A stretch of 64,000 nucleotides of DNA from a virus (Duplodnaviria > Heunggongvirae > Uroviricota > Caudoviricetes), in IMG/VR virus record IMGVR_UViG_3300028833_002293, positions 36,535 to 100,534 of that record; one strand, written 5' to 3'. A program made the position numbers and the translations under genes. The notes beneath the pieces are model-generated. The model saw only the letters and a program-made list of their open reading frames with translations, made no database searches and was not told where the DNA came from. Numbering within the stretch: the first letter of the stretch is position 1; every line of letters begins with the position of its first letter. Below, in pieces: positions 20,852-31,577 of this stretch.

Positions 20852-21523
20852 TTATTTCCTATGCCTAAAACTAATTTTTTTATCGAAACCATGTGATTCT
20901 ATGTGTTGGTCGTTTGTTCTTGTATCCTCAAACTCTTTATCTCTTAGTGAAGAAATATATTCGTATAAATTATTCCACATTTCTTTTGCATCAATGAATT
21001 TAGGAATATATGTGTTTTTCAATATAGGGTTTTCAACAACATTTATTGAATTTTTAGCGACTGAAACAGTGCCTCTATATCTAGTATACAGCACATCAGT
21101 GCAAATAGACAAAGGGCAATCACTTAATCTCTGTTCTTTACCAATTTTCTTTTTCTCGATTAGTTGCGGCTCTAAAATCACTTTATCATTATCATCAAGA
21201 TACCTCTCAACTTTAAAAAAATAATGATAATATCCGCTTTCCACAACAAAATAGAAAAATCTTCCTTCCATAACTGGAATCTTAATTCCATATCCCTTAA
21301 CTAATCTGCGTTTTATGTCATATGTCTTGTCTTTTTCTTTTTTGAAAATATTATCAAGACCATGACCAATATAAAAACAATTTATGTCGATAGGGAATGA
21401 TTTTCTCCTATCATATACAATTAATTCATCTATACCAAAATAATTTTGGATATAATCATAATAATCTTTTTCTCCACGTTTGCAAATAATTTTCATAACA
21501 AAAAAAAAATAAACGCTAGACAA
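20852..21523 (-). CDS. hypothetical protein
   Basis: 223 aa ORF. Confidence 0.5.
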   Translation of the reverse strand: MSSVYFFFVMKIICKRGEKDYYDYIQNYFGIDELIVYDRRKSFPIDINCFYIGHGLDNIFKKEKDKTYDIKRRLVKGYGIKIPVMEGRFFYFVVESGYYHYFFKVERYLDDNDKVILEPQLIEKKKIGKEQRLSDCPLSICTDVLYTRYRGTVSVAKNSINVVENPILKNTYIPKFIDAKEMWNNLYEYISSLRDKEFEDTRTNDQHIESHGFDKKISFRHRK

Positions 21524-21576
21524 TAATATTTGTAATTATCATCTAGCGTTGTTACTTACTAAACTGTTTTTTTAGT

Positions 21577-21756
21577 TTACTCTGCAACTGCACTGTCAGG
21601 TACAAGTGAATCAACTACAAGGCTGTCACCAGCAAGTGAGTCAACTACTGCAACACTGTCAGAGTCATTTGCATTCTGTTCTGATGCAGTCTGACCACCG
21701 CAAGCTGCAAATGTCATGGCAACGCTAGCCATAAACACGAATAAAATCTTTTTCAT
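21577..21756 (-). CDS. small putative lipoprotein with DSL repeats (below the ORF-track length cutoff; coordinates approximate)
   Basis: minus-strand reading MKKILFVFMASVAMTFAACGG... with a lipobox-like FAAC; preceded by promoter motif 21823..21858. Confidence 0.3.
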   Translation of the reverse strand: MKKILFVFMASVAMTFAACGGQTASEQNANDSDSVAVVDSLAGDSLVVDSLVPDSAVAE

Positions 21757-21858
21757 TTCTAATTTTTTTTAATTTTTAAAATTATTATTTAGTTTAAATA
21801 AATATCATATCCTCGTAATTTTTGCAAAGATATAAATATTTTTTTAGATTTCCAAATT

Positions 21859-22197
21859 TTACCACAAAAATTTTGCCTTAATGTAAAAATTCCACCACTG
21901 CACGCTCTCCTTGGTGAATTTTAAGAACTCTGAATACCAATATATGCGTATGAATGTGTTTCCTACATCAAGAACACCACATGCTTGAAGCGTATTGGTT
22001 AATGCAGCCAATTCCTCGTAGTCAGAAGGGTATGGATATGTACCCCTACTGCTATAGTTATAGTCCATGTAAATCATGTACTCGTCAAACAGCTTCTTTC
22101 TCTTGAGATAGCGAAGCCATTTTTTGTAAACAGTACTAACAGATTTTGGCTGGTTCTTTCTAGTAGAACTGTTGAGCAAGCTTACAATCTTTTTCAT
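21859..22197 (-). CDS. hypothetical protein
   Basis: 112 aa ORF. Confidence 0.45.
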   Translation of the reverse strand: MKKIVSLLNSSTRKNQPKSVSTVYKKWLRYLKRKKLFDEYMIYMDYNYSSRGTYPYPSDYEELAALTNTLQACGVLDVGNTFIRIYWYSEFLKFTKESVQWWNFYIKAKFLW

Positions 22198-22208
22198 AAC
22201 CGCTATGA

Positions 22209-22823
22209 TTAAACGTCCTCGTCTTCATCCAACAAACGCAACTGAAGAGAAATCTCTTCAATGCGAGTCTTGTGGTTGAAAGCCCACTCGTAGTTGTCAA
22301 TGTCCTTAATCTTGACCCACTTAATCTCGCCTACCTCTGCACCCTCATTCTTCTCTTTTGAGAACTTGAAATCAGTTGTAACGTGGTCTTCAATCTTAGC
22401 ACCAAAACGGAAAGTAACGTTCTGTCTATTGGCTGTTACTGGGTTATCTTCATAATTGATAAATATAAGACTTTCAATAGGAATATGAACACCAGTTTCC
22501 TCAAAACACTCACGGACTGCGCACTCCTTAGTGGTTTCGTCATAATCGAGATAACCGCAAGGACAATTCCACATTCCCCTAAAGTCAGCAGCCTCTAAAC
22601 CACGCTCTGATGCTAGGACACACCAATCGCCATCTTCGTCCTTACAAAACGCAAACAATGCTGTTGCCATAGAACGGCTAAACCATCCAATGAAACACTT
22701 GTTAATCACCTCCAAGAACGGTTCATCGTCAATACCAGCGACACCGATGTTGGCACAGAGGTTTTTGATTTCCTCAATAAGTTTATTCATGTCCAAACAA
22801 GGACGATTTGTCATTTTCTCCAT
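22209..22823 (-). CDS. Nudix hydrolase
   Basis: 204 aa; Nudix box GX5EX7REVCEETG is present (AVRECFEETGVHI). Confidence 0.6.
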   Translation of the reverse strand: MEKMTNRPCLDMNKLIEEIKNLCANIGVAGIDDEPFLEVINKCFIGWFSRSMATALFAFCKDEDGDWCVLASERGLEAADFRGMWNCPCGYLDYDETTKECAVRECFEETGVHIPIESLIFINYEDNPVTANRQNVTFRFGAKIEDHVTTDFKFSKEKNEGAEVGEIKWVKIKDIDNYEWAFNHKTRIEEISLQLRLLDEDEDV

Positions 22824-23356
22824 GCTTTTTTACTGAATTTATTTTTTTCGTAACTTTTGTCATACCAAGGTTGGTCTTCGCAATATGAGTAATGCTTACC
22901 ACTTGATACTTTATTTGTTGTTCTATATAGTTTTTTACTTAGTTTTCGTGAAAGAACTACTTTAGGGTGTTTTTTATCATAGAACTCTTTAAATTCTTGA
23001 GTCCAACGTACATTAGTAATACGGTACATACCTATAAGATTTTTCAACCCAAGAGACATATATTGTATAGTAGCTTTAGCACCATCTTCACCCTTATTGA
23101 AACCATATATTATACTACATATGTTTTTAGCGGTGAATACTGTCTTTTCATCTACCTTATAGTCACATAAGGTATATGTATATGTATAAGATGTATGTAG
23201 CATAAAATAGCCACTGTTTTCATTACAACGCCTTTGCTTTCTAAATAGCTCGGATTGATGCGTCACATAGGTGGATACATCTTTAATCCATGCGCCATAC
23301 AGCTTTTTATCTATTAGGTATTCTACCCATTCTAAATATAGTTCTGGATATTTCAT
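22811..23356 (-). CDS. hypothetical protein
   Basis: 181 aa ORF. Confidence 0.5.
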   Translation of the reverse strand: MKYPELYLEWVEYLIDKKLYGAWIKDVSTYVTHQSELFRKQRRCNENSGYFMLHTSYTYTYTLCDYKVDEKTVFTAKNICSIIYGFNKGEDGAKATIQYMSLGLKNLIGMYRITNVRWTQEFKEFYDKKHPKVVLSRKLSKKLYRTTNKVSSGKHYSYCEDQPWYDKSYEKNKFSKKAWRK

Positions 23357-23829
23357 TTCCTAAACAAATTAAAGAATCTATCTATAACTTTATCGTATAA
23401 ACTCTTTCTCAACTCACTGCTACCAATATATTTGGAGTGTATTTCGCTTGATTTAGTTCCATACAACCTTGCTGCCATTTCATGATTAATTCTTGCGCAT
23501 TCCATTTTACAATAGAAATCTTCACATCTATCTTGCCACCAATGCCATGTACCGTTTACTTGTGCGTCAATTGCTTTGCATACACATTGTATTCTGTCAT
23601 AGGTTGTAATATCTACCAAATAATCCCTACTATATCCATTATGTATTAATTCAAATATCCTATCCATATAACGTTTAAATAAACGTTTTTCCTTCAGATA
23701 GCAATACCATTCCTTACATAAATTACATTTTTTATCTCCCTTAAAATAAAGACTATTTGCGAATAATATTCGTATTTTATCTTCTTCATTGGGAATCATG
23801 TAAATTCTTCCAACCCGTTTTGACTGCAT
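23353..23829 (-). CDS. hypothetical Cys-rich protein
   Basis: 158 aa ORF; promoter 23843..23880. Confidence 0.5.
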   Translation of the reverse strand: MQSKRVGRIYMIPNEEDKIRILFANSLYFKGDKKCNLCKEWYCYLKEKRLFKRYMDRIFELIHNGYSRDYLVDITTYDRIQCVCKAIDAQVNGTWHWWQDRCEDFYCKMECARINHEMAARLYGTKSSEIHSKYIGSSELRKSLYDKVIDRFFNLFRK

Positions 23830-24063
23830 ACACTAATATTTGTGCAAAGATACTAAAAATTTTTCAAATACCCAAAAATTCTATGTTAAAAAACAATAAA
23901 AGTTGGTGTTTTACTCGACACCAACCTTGTTTTTAATAAATTCTGTATGCATATCTGTAATATCTATCATCATAGCATTGCGCATATTTATGAAAATACC
24001 ACTTTGCTGCTTTCTTAGCCATTTTTGCAATTGTCTTCATAATAAATTTCCCTTTCTTTAAAC

Positions 24064-24447
24064 TTACTTACTAATTTTTTCTATATTAAATCCCCTATTT
24101 TCAAGAGTTAAATTCAAAAGCATAAGATACTTCTTATACTGATTGTCATTAAGAATGTAATGCATATACTTTATATTCTTTTTAATAGCGTTTGCAACAA
24201 TAGTGTTACGACTTTCCTCAGTTTCCATTACTGATGCAAACATCATGTCATTCTCAAATTCTGAAATAACATCGCCATACATCTCCATTTGGTCTTTTGA
24301 CATATCCAATGTACACGCAAGCCTACGATGATTAATCTTCAATTCATACCTTTCAGTTTCAGCCATCTTTGTAGCCTCATTCTCTTCAGCAAATGAATAC
24401 ACACTCATGGTGAACATCATCACCAACATTAAAAATACTTTCTTCAT
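24064..24447 (-). CDS. secreted hypothetical protein (signal peptide)
   Basis: 127 aa; N-terminal hydrophobic signal MKKVFLMLVMMFTMSVYSFA; promoter 24752..24793. Confidence 0.5.
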   Translation of the reverse strand: MKKVFLMLVMMFTMSVYSFAEENEATKMAETERYELKINHRRLACTLDMSKDQMEMYGDVISEFENDMMFASVMETEESRNTIVANAIKKNIKYMHYILNDNQYKKYLMLLNLTLENRGFNIEKISK

Positions 24448-24907
24448 AATAAATTTCCCTTTCTTTAATTTTTTTTTGTTATTACTTACTTCATTTTTTT
24501 ATTGGGGAAATAATCGGCACACTTACTTCCAAAAACTTAAAGCCGATAACCCCCAATGTTACACTTACTTTAACTAATTATTTCCCAAAGCCGTTGCCGC
24601 ACAACACCACCCAAAAACTACTCACTTCACTTAATATATATCACATCATACCATTTATTTAATTAATTTATATACATAATTTCTTTAAAAACACACTAAA
24701 TTTGATTTACGTCAATTCGTGGTGTGTGCGAACACATCAGTTGTTTTCAACGATGCAAAGATATGAAAAATATGCCTAATACACAAAAAATGGGTAATAA
24801 AAATTCAATTTACCCCTTTAAAATTGATACAAATCATCTTATGCATAGTGATAATACATATATATAATAAAGGAGTAACCTTGTTGATTACTCCTTATTA
24901 TATACTA

Positions 24908-25867
24908 TTACTGTTCTACCTTTGTCCAATTATACTTACCTAAGTAATAATCTCCCGTACCCATCCATACATCATAACCACTACTACCACTTGGTACTGT
25001 TAATGTACCACTTGTCTTTATATCTAGGAATACATTACTTTCTATTGTAGGTGCTGTGGTAGCATTACATACTATACTTGTAAGACTAGCACAACCAGCG
25101 AAAGCACTACCACCAATACTTGTAACACTATTACTAATAATTACACTTGTTAAACTTGTGCAACCAGCGAAAGCTTGATAGCCAATAGATGGTGTAGAAT
25201 CACCAATAATTACTGTTTCAAGATTAGTCCAAACACCTCTAAAAGAAGAATTTATATCACATTTTGCATTGTAATTTAGAGTCTTTAATGCATCATGGCC
25301 AAAACAATAGAAAGCTTGCTTACCTATGTTTGTAACACTATCTGGTATGGTTATACTTATTAAACCACTACAACTTTGGAAAGCACTACTACCAATACTT
25401 GTAACACTATTAGGTATAACTATACTTGTAAGATTATTACAATTTTGGAATGCACTATTACCAATGCTTGTAATACTATTTGGTATAATAATCTCTATCA
25501 AATTGGATGAATTAAACACAAGCGCATTATTACCTAATTTGGTTTCATCATATAACTCATATTTAACTGTATGAACACCAATTGTATCAAATCTGTACCC
25601 AGTCACAAGTCCATCTAACATAACGCCGTCTATCTCCATTGACTTGAATACGTTATTTTCATAGCTTGTTCTTAATGGCGTTTGGGTGCTTGTATCTGTC
25701 ACATTATACTTTGCAACAACCCTTGTCTCTTCAGGTTCACTTGGATTATAGTATACAGTTGTAGTGGCATCCTTACACACTGATACATTAGGCTTAATAA
25801 AGTTAGCAGTGTCTGCTGTATAAGCTTCATACTGACTTGTTGTTTCAAATAATTTAAGATATTTCAT
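24908..25867 (-). CDS. BspA-type leucine-rich-repeat surface protein (possible receptor-binding or cell-surface protein)
   Basis: 319 aa; repeated IPNSVTSIGxxAFQxCxxLTSI units typical of Bacteroidota BspA LRRs. Confidence 0.55.
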   Translation of the reverse strand: MKYLKLFETTSQYEAYTADTANFIKPNVSVCKDATTTVYYNPSEPEETRVVAKYNVTDTSTQTPLRTSYENNVFKSMEIDGVMLDGLVTGYRFDTIGVHTVKYELYDETKLGNNALVFNSSNLIEIIIPNSITSIGNSAFQNCNNLTSIVIPNSVTSIGSSAFQSCSGLISITIPDSVTNIGKQAFYCFGHDALKTLNYNAKCDINSSFRGVWTNLETVIIGDSTPSIGYQAFAGCTSLTSVIISNSVTSIGGSAFAGCASLTSIVCNATTAPTIESNVFLDIKTSGTLTVPSGSSGYDVWMGTGDYYLGKYNWTKVEQ

Positions 25868-25952
25868 AATTTATTACTGTTTTAGTAATAAATATCAAAT
25901 AGGGAATAAAAAAATGAGGAACTGTATTGAAACAATTCCTCATTATTTTTTT

Positions 25953-27239
25953 TTAATACCAAATTATTGATTTATCTTGTACCCAATCTGGGAATTTAGT
26001 ATAAACCTCTTGAATTGGTGTTCTTTCGCTACACCATTGGAAGCTAGTGCTAACACAAATTTTCTCTGGAGCTTCTCCAGTTTCAACAGCGAGTGTAATT
26101 ACGTTATCACCATTTTTTACAATTACAGGAATTGACTTAACGGCTTCTGCTCCGTCAATATTCCAATTTGCATCGCCCAATATTACTTTATAGCTAACTG
26201 GTGGACGTGATACGATTCCAGTGTTGACCATAGTGTTAGTAGACACATTGAACATATTATGTACCTCTTTTCCACCAACTGTAAGTGGTAGAGTTCCACC
26301 AGCTGCTTGTAGGGTGATATATGCTACAAGTTTATTTGCGCCCAAGTCTCCAATCCACTCATTAGCAACCTTTGCGTCAAATACAACGTCATTGTAGTCA
26401 AAGTCAGATGTGCTTCCACCAAGGTCTTCTGCAATAATTCTTACAGCACCTTCCATATTGAACTTAGCTGGACTAATCTTCACAATCCAATCGTTGAAGA
26501 CCCAATCCCTAGTCACATCCATATTAACGTTTGCATCTTGACCTACTGGATGGTATCCAACAATGTCAAATCCAACATAGTATGCGCCATCAATCTCAAG
26601 GATGATATAGTCATAGTAGTAATTACTAGAAGAGGTGTTGTGATAACCAAATTGGTCTGCAACCTCACCGCTACCCATATCAACCATCAACGTAGTGCCA
26701 ATGAACTTCTCGTGTGTAACATCATCAGTGTACTCAGTAGTGTTATTAGCATTGTTAAAGTTATTAACGTGCTCATAACTGTTGGTATTGAAATTCCAAG
26801 CTAGCAATTGATTCATAACGCCACTAGGATAAACATGAGTGCCATTTCCATCTACAGAATACTGAGTGCCTTGATGAACTTGCTGAACCCAATAATTCTC
26901 CCAAGGTATATTTTCAATATGAGTTGCACCTTCACGGACTTTAGAGAACTCAGCAACAACCTTTTCCTTTTCAGCTTCTGTCACGTTAACTGGCCTCTCC
27001 CACTGCTGATACCACATATTTCCGTTAACATTGTGGCCTCTAGTCTTGTTTTGTGAAAAATCAAACAAAACAATAGATTCATTGAATCCCCAATCTTGGT
27101 TCTTGTCTATCTTACCAAAAGTATTGGTGAATTCAGCCTTAAACTTTGCATCTGCTGCCTCTTGATAACTTAAATCATTATCGTGCCCACAAGCAGCAAA
27201 CGATAACACGGCAAATAGCCCTAAAATTAATTTCTTCAT
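25953..27239 (-). CDS. lipoprotein, function unknown
   Basis: 428 aa; signal peptide with lipobox (LSFAAC). Confidence 0.55.
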   Translation of the reverse strand: MKKLILGLFAVLSFAACGHDNDLSYQEAADAKFKAEFTNTFGKIDKNQDWGFNESIVLFDFSQNKTRGHNVNGNMWYQQWERPVNVTEAEKEKVVAEFSKVREGATHIENIPWENYWVQQVHQGTQYSVDGNGTHVYPSGVMNQLLAWNFNTNSYEHVNNFNNANNTTEYTDDVTHEKFIGTTLMVDMGSGEVADQFGYHNTSSSNYYYDYIILEIDGAYYVGFDIVGYHPVGQDANVNMDVTRDWVFNDWIVKISPAKFNMEGAVRIIAEDLGGSTSDFDYNDVVFDAKVANEWIGDLGANKLVAYITLQAAGGTLPLTVGGKEVHNMFNVSTNTMVNTGIVSRPPVSYKVILGDANWNIDGAEAVKSIPVIVKNGDNVITLAVETGEAPEKICVSTSFQWCSERTPIQEVYTKFPDWVQDKSIIWY

Positions 27240-27259
27240 TGTGTTAATATCCTTTTAAT

Positions 27260-27496
27260 TTAATTATTATTAGTCTTTTTCCTTAATAGTTGCCATGCAC
27301 TAACTCCAGTGTTCTTGTAGAAATTAAGGTCAGTGACCTTATCCATGACAAAGGCAATAGCCATGTCTATAAAAAACACAAGAATTGTAAAAAAAAGCAA
27401 TAGATAACTCGGAGCACCTATTCCTACTGTATATCCAAACAATGCCGCTAGAACCAATGCAATTGGCATTAACAATTTAACTATTATTTTTCGCAT
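27260..27496 (-). CDS. small membrane protein (holin-like size)
   Basis: 78 aa; two hydrophobic segments. Confidence 0.4.
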   Translation of the reverse strand: MRKIIVKLLMPIALVLAALFGYTVGIGAPSYLLLFFTILVFFIDMAIAFVMDKVTDLNFYKNTGVSAWQLLRKKTNNN

Positions 27497-27777
27497 ATTC
27501 TATACCATATTCAAAAAACTTTTGGCACAATTCTGCCACTTGATTTTGTGTCATTAATGATGACTCACCAAGCAAAGCTATTCTTAGCTTTCTACGGAAA
27601 AATTCTTGTTTTTCTTTAGTCATCATAACATTCCCTCCTTATTTTAATAGGTTAATTTTTCTAAGAACTCATCGTCATCTTCTTCCTTCACATATATCCC
27701 CATGTCATAAATACATCGTTTACGTAAGTCTCTTGCTTCGCATCTACTGTAGATGCTACACCTTTCATCGCATGGAA

Positions 27778-28077
27778 TCATTGCATATCGTCTTTTAGTG
27801 TGTTATTTTCTAAATCTCTAGATTCTTTGCGTATTTTTTTAACCTTTTTATGAGAATCCCAATGTTTCCAAGAATCACGCCAAGGTTTAGAGGTTTTCTT
27901 ATACAGTTTAACTTTAGATTCTGGGTCTTCATCCAATTCTTTCCAATTCTTTGCACCCCTATACCCACTAGGGGCATTTTCATCTTTAACTCTCCAATAA
28001 TAGAGATTACGATTTATCCTAGAAACATACTTTAAATAAGCAGTCCAAAGCCTATAAGCCTTTCCTCTTTTATCCAT
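27778..28077 (-). CDS. hypothetical basic protein
   Basis: 99 aa ORF. Confidence 0.35.
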   Translation of the reverse strand: MDKRGKAYRLWTAYLKYVSRINRNLYYWRVKDENAPSGYRGAKNWKELDEDPESKVKLYKKTSKPWRDSWKHWDSHKKVKKIRKESRDLENNTLKDDMQ

Positions 28078-28103
28078 AAATATAAATAGTTTTCAATTAC
28101 GAA

Positions 28104-28313
28104 TTATTGCCAATATGGTTTGCTTGATTTATAACGGAATGTCTTTAAATGGTGTGTACCATCATCTAGTTTTACACCACCATCATCAATTGGTCTTCCG
28201 TTCTTTATCCATTCCTCATAAGTGAATGGACGCCAGTACTCAGCAAATATATCTCCATTACACCACATATTGAAGCTATATTTCTGGTATTCTTCTTCGT
28301 ATGGTCTATTCAT
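28104..28313 (-). CDS. hypothetical small protein
   Basis: 69 aa ORF. Confidence 0.3.
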   Translation of the reverse strand: MNRPYEEEYQKYSFNMWCNGDIFAEYWRPFTYEEWIKNGRPIDDGGVKLDDGTHHLKTFRYKSSKPYWQ

Positions 28314-28329
28314 ATTCCTTAAATTTTAG

Positions 28330-28418
28330 TGGCAGAGGTGGGATTCAAACCCACAACACCATTTCTGGTGACTCGCTTAGGAGGCGAGGACGGTCATTCA
28401 ATTACGTTTTACTCTGTC
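28330..28418 (-). tRNA. class-II (long variable arm) tRNA with apparent anticodon CCU (non-canonical; A-C mismatch in acceptor stem)
   Basis: reverse complement: GACAGAG..ACG/CGT D-stem..CTCGC-CTCCTAA-GCGAG anticodon arm..CACCA-GAAA-TGGTG variable arm..GTGGG-TTTGAAT-CCCAC..CTCTGCC-A. Confidence 0.45.
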
Positions 28419-28473
28419 AAATAAATAAAAAGGCTTACCAACCATTCTCCTAATTGATAAGCCTTCTAAATGT

Positions 28474-29061
28474 TTAGCGTCTGCCAATGCTTCCAAGACT
28501 GAAGCGACTGTGCATAACAGTTGATGCATCATCAGTCTCTGGAACATTCTTCCAAGGCTCATCGACCTTGCGAACAAAGCGTCCGTTAGCGGCACGTCTT
28601 ACAACCTCTTGCTCGAACTGCTGCATTGCACGATAGTTATTCTCGGCAACTTGCTCAAGGCTTGGACGTGGAGCGAAGCGAGGACAATCTCTACGAACCT
28701 CTGGTCTACCACACTCACACTGTCTTGGTTGTACACAACCGTTAAGCAGTTCAGTAACCACACAAAGCAAAACTGCTGAAGCAATCTGAAGCTCTGGAGT
28801 ACTGTCAATCAAGTAGACATCCTTAGTCCTTACGTCAAACGCAAGTACTGCGTGTGCTCCACTACGTGCATCATTACTGATTGCACGTGCCTCATCGATA
28901 GTGAGCTTGTACTCACGGTCAGCGTTAGGAGTGGTTGCGCACTCTACATGATTCTCAGAGAGGTGATAGATTACGAGACGGAGATTTGACTTATCGCTGC
29001 ACTGTGACAGAATTTCAGCCATAGGGCTGTTGTCAGAATGAAGTCTTACGTAATTCCACAT
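28474..29061 (-). CDS. hypothetical protein encoded in a GC-rich island
   Basis: 195 aa ORF; local GC visibly higher (~50%) than the flanks (~33%), suggesting foreign origin. Confidence 0.5.
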   Translation of the reverse strand: MWNYVRLHSDNSPMAEILSQCSDKSNLRLVIYHLSENHVECATTPNADREYKLTIDEARAISNDARSGAHAVLAFDVRTKDVYLIDSTPELQIASAVLLCVVTELLNGCVQPRQCECGRPEVRRDCPRFAPRPSLEQVAENNYRAMQQFEQEVVRRAANGRFVRKVDEPWKNVPETDDASTVMHSRFSLGSIGRR

Positions 29062-29159
29062 AAAGTCTCTTGTTTTTAAATTAATACTGTTAAGAAAATT
29101 AGATGGGCAGTCGTTTGGCGGCTACCCACCTTTAGATTAGAGGTTTGCTATTCCGCTAA

Positions 29160-29507
29160 TTACTCAGCATCAGCAGCATCCTCGTCATCACCACCGAAGA
29201 ACTCATCATAAGTTGCCTGAGCAATCTTCAGCTCTACACCAAGAGTGTAAAGACGAGTCTTAGCTTCCTGAAGGTCAGCAGCCCACTTATTGGGGTTCCA
29301 ACCCTTTACACCAGGACGCAGACTATCTGTGGTGTCTGGAGCGAAGTCAGTCAGACCCTGAATCTGCATTTCCACGTTGGTCTTCTCAATCTTGAGCTTG
29401 TGGATGATTTCCTCTTGGGCAATCTTTGCCTGAGTGTTAATCTGTGAAGCACGTGCTACAAGAGCCTTAGAGTCATTCTGACTCATCATCTGTAAAAACT
29501 TTCCCAT
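29160..29507 (-). CDS. hypothetical protein
   Basis: 115 aa ORF; promoter 29593..29630. Confidence 0.5.
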   Translation of the reverse strand: MGKFLQMMSQNDSKALVARASQINTQAKIAQEEIIHKLKIEKTNVEMQIQGLTDFAPDTTDSLRPGVKGWNPNKWAADLQEAKTRLYTLGVELKIAQATYDEFFGGDDEDAADAE

Positions 29508-29592
29508 TGTTGTTTAAGTTTAAAGGTTTATAAAAAGTTAATTGTGAATATTGTTTCGCAACTTGCGTTGCTTTGTTTGTTTCTTAATTACA

Positions 29593-29630
29593 GTGCAAAG
29601 ATATAAAAAATTTTTGAGACTTCCAAATTT
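29593..29630 (-). promoter_or_regulatory. Bacteroidota-type promoter (full consensus copy)
   Basis: gtgcaaagatataaaaaatttttgagacttccaaat. Confidence 0.6.
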
Positions 29631-29662
29631 TTGCACGTTAAAAACTGTTAATAGTTAGGCGT

Positions 29663-30274
29663 TTACCTTAATATAAGTAATTTCCTTTTATAATTGATGG
29701 AAACACCACCCAAACCATTCAAAACGTTCATTCCAAGTAGCAAAGGCGCATCTGGATTCTCCATTACTAAGCAATCTACGTTCTTTACAGAGGTATCACC
29801 GATTGAAACTTGAGCAATCTTAATCATGAAGCACTTTGTCGTGTCACCATTGGCGATTGTGCATTCAGATACTTGCGCTGTACTATCGGATATTAGTTTC
29901 TGCTTTTTCAAGAACTCATACTCTATGATGGAGATAGACATCGTTGAAGCTCCAGTGTCCAATGTCATTTTCATCGGAATTCCGTTGACGTTAGCACCAA
30001 CCAAGTAGCAATCACCATCTTGTTCTAGTTTAACAGCGTACTCAAATTCCTTAACTTGTTTCCACTCCACACTATCATTTTTGGTTGGTGTATGTGTACT
30101 ATCAACTTTAGGTTTAACGATTTCCACACTGTCTTCATCAATGCCTAGAGCCTTTGCTTCTAAAACGTTGTACGCTCGTGGAAATAACACTGAGAATAGC
30201 CAAATGAACCCAACTACCACGATGATTGTGAGTATTAGCTTTGTCAAACAACTAGATAATGTTATCTTTTTCAT
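29663..30274 (-). CDS. membrane-anchored retropepsin-like aspartic protease
   Basis: 203 aa; N-terminal TM helix and a DTGAS active-site motif (LDTGASTMSI). Confidence 0.45.
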   Translation of the reverse strand: MKKITLSSCLTKLILTIIVVVGFIWLFSVLFPRAYNVLEAKALGIDEDSVEIVKPKVDSTHTPTKNDSVEWKQVKEFEYAVKLEQDGDCYLVGANVNGIPMKMTLDTGASTMSISIIEYEFLKKQKLISDSTAQVSECTIANGDTTKCFMIKIAQVSIGDTSVKNVDCLVMENPDAPLLLGMNVLNGLGGVSINYKRKLLILR

Positions 30275-30277
30275 ATT

Positions 30278-31264
30278 TTATTTGGTAAAAATTTCAAAAG
30301 CATCATCTACTAGCTTGTCAACCATATCTATTTGATAAGTTGCTAACGCACTCCTAAACATTCTGCCACTCATTGTACGTCTGCCTTTCCTCTTCTTTCC
30401 ACCACTAGAAACGGTTTTAACAATCTCTTTCTTTTTTGGCGGCTTCAAGTGTTCAGCTTCAGTTGCATATCCAATGTGTGTAAACCCTAGGAATGAGCCG
30501 TTCTTCTCAATCTTGCAAATCTCAACATGATTAGCACCGTATTTGAACTCTCCAGTACGAACTTTAATCTGCTTAACGTATCTCACTGATTGGTCTTTAA
30601 GACTCATACCAACTGCAAACATTGCATCAAAGAAATTAGTAAGCTTTTTGCTTCCACTAAGACTGTTCTGTGTTAATGGTGAGCCTAAATTTCGTTTTGG
30701 AGTATGAGACAAAACAAGAATGCTAGCTCCATACTTCTTTTTAATTTCACATAGATTCTTCATCAGCTTACCAGCGGTAGTCGCTGTGTCTTTCATATTA
30801 ACAAGCCAACTCAAGTTATCTACAATTAATATCTTAGAGTTATACTTGATAATATTAGCTTCAATAGCCTCTATGATTACTTCATCAAACGCTTTCTTAG
30901 AATACTCGCAATAATCTCTTACCTTATCACTATCAAGTTCGACCCTAATAAATTTGTCGTTAAAGTTGAACGTTTCCTTAGTCTTTTCATCTGTGTACCT
31001 AAGTTCAAACTGTTTTTTACTTAACTCAAAGTCATAATAAAGAATGGTATCGTCACCTTTTAGCTTTTCAGCAATAGAATTGCCAATCTGTACGGCAAGG
31101 ATACTCTTACCGACATTGGCATCTGCGAAGAGGCAGCAAACCTCATTCTCAAACCAAAACTCTTTCCAGAGTTTATTAGGATTCTTCTGCGTCTTTGCTT
31201 CCTCAATGGCTTGATTGGCAGTCATTGCGCTGAAGATGTCTGTAAGTGAAGGTTTGTTTGCCAT
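30278..31264 (-). CDS. RecA-superfamily ATPase (AAA_25 / DnaB-C-terminal-like)
   Basis: 328 aa; Walker A ADANVGKS, Walker B ILIVDNL, followed by SHTPK. Confidence 0.5.
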   Translation of the reverse strand: MANKPSLTDIFSAMTANQAIEEAKTQKNPNKLWKEFWFENEVCCLFADANVGKSILAVQIGNSIAEKLKGDDTILYYDFELSKKQFELRYTDEKTKETFNFNDKFIRVELDSDKVRDYCEYSKKAFDEVIIEAIEANIIKYNSKILIVDNLSWLVNMKDTATTAGKLMKNLCEIKKKYGASILVLSHTPKRNLGSPLTQNSLSGSKKLTNFFDAMFAVGMSLKDQSVRYVKQIKVRTGEFKYGANHVEICKIEKNGSFLGFTHIGYATEAEHLKPPKKKEIVKTVSSGGKKRKGRRTMSGRMFRSALATYQIDMVDKLVDDAFEIFTK

Positions 31265-31297
31265 TATATAAAAAAGTTAAATGATTTCTAAAAAAAA

Positions 31298-31378
31298 AAT
31301 GTGAACCCCCTCAAGGAATCGAACCTCGTTATTACAGCACCACGCCAAATGTCCTACCATTAGACGAAAGGGGTATGG
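31298..31378 (-). ncRNA. tRNA-like element (acceptor, D-arm and T-arm fold; anticodon stem does not pair) - possible pseudo-tRNA
   Basis: reverse complement: ACCCCTT-TC-GTCTAATGGTAGGAC...CGAGG-TTCGATT-CCTTG-AGGGGGT. Confidence 0.3.
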
Positions 31379-31577
31379 ACGAGAAATGATTTTGCTAGCG
31401 TTGCTCACTTCTCGCAAAAGCAACAGTTGTACTCAACCAACGAGACGGTTTAAAACACCCCAACAGAGCCATATTCCGACAACCCGCTCAGTTGCTATAA
31501 GACCAACCACTCTACAAGCTTACGTGCCCACCATTGCACGTTGAAAAAGGAAAGCTTGCTCACCCTTTAGAATTACA

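Noticed and set aside
28398-28808. ORFs 28398..28595 and 28599..28808 inside the GC-rich island
   Set aside because: They are alternative-frame shadows of the longer ORF 28474..29061 and are typical of GC-rich sequence.
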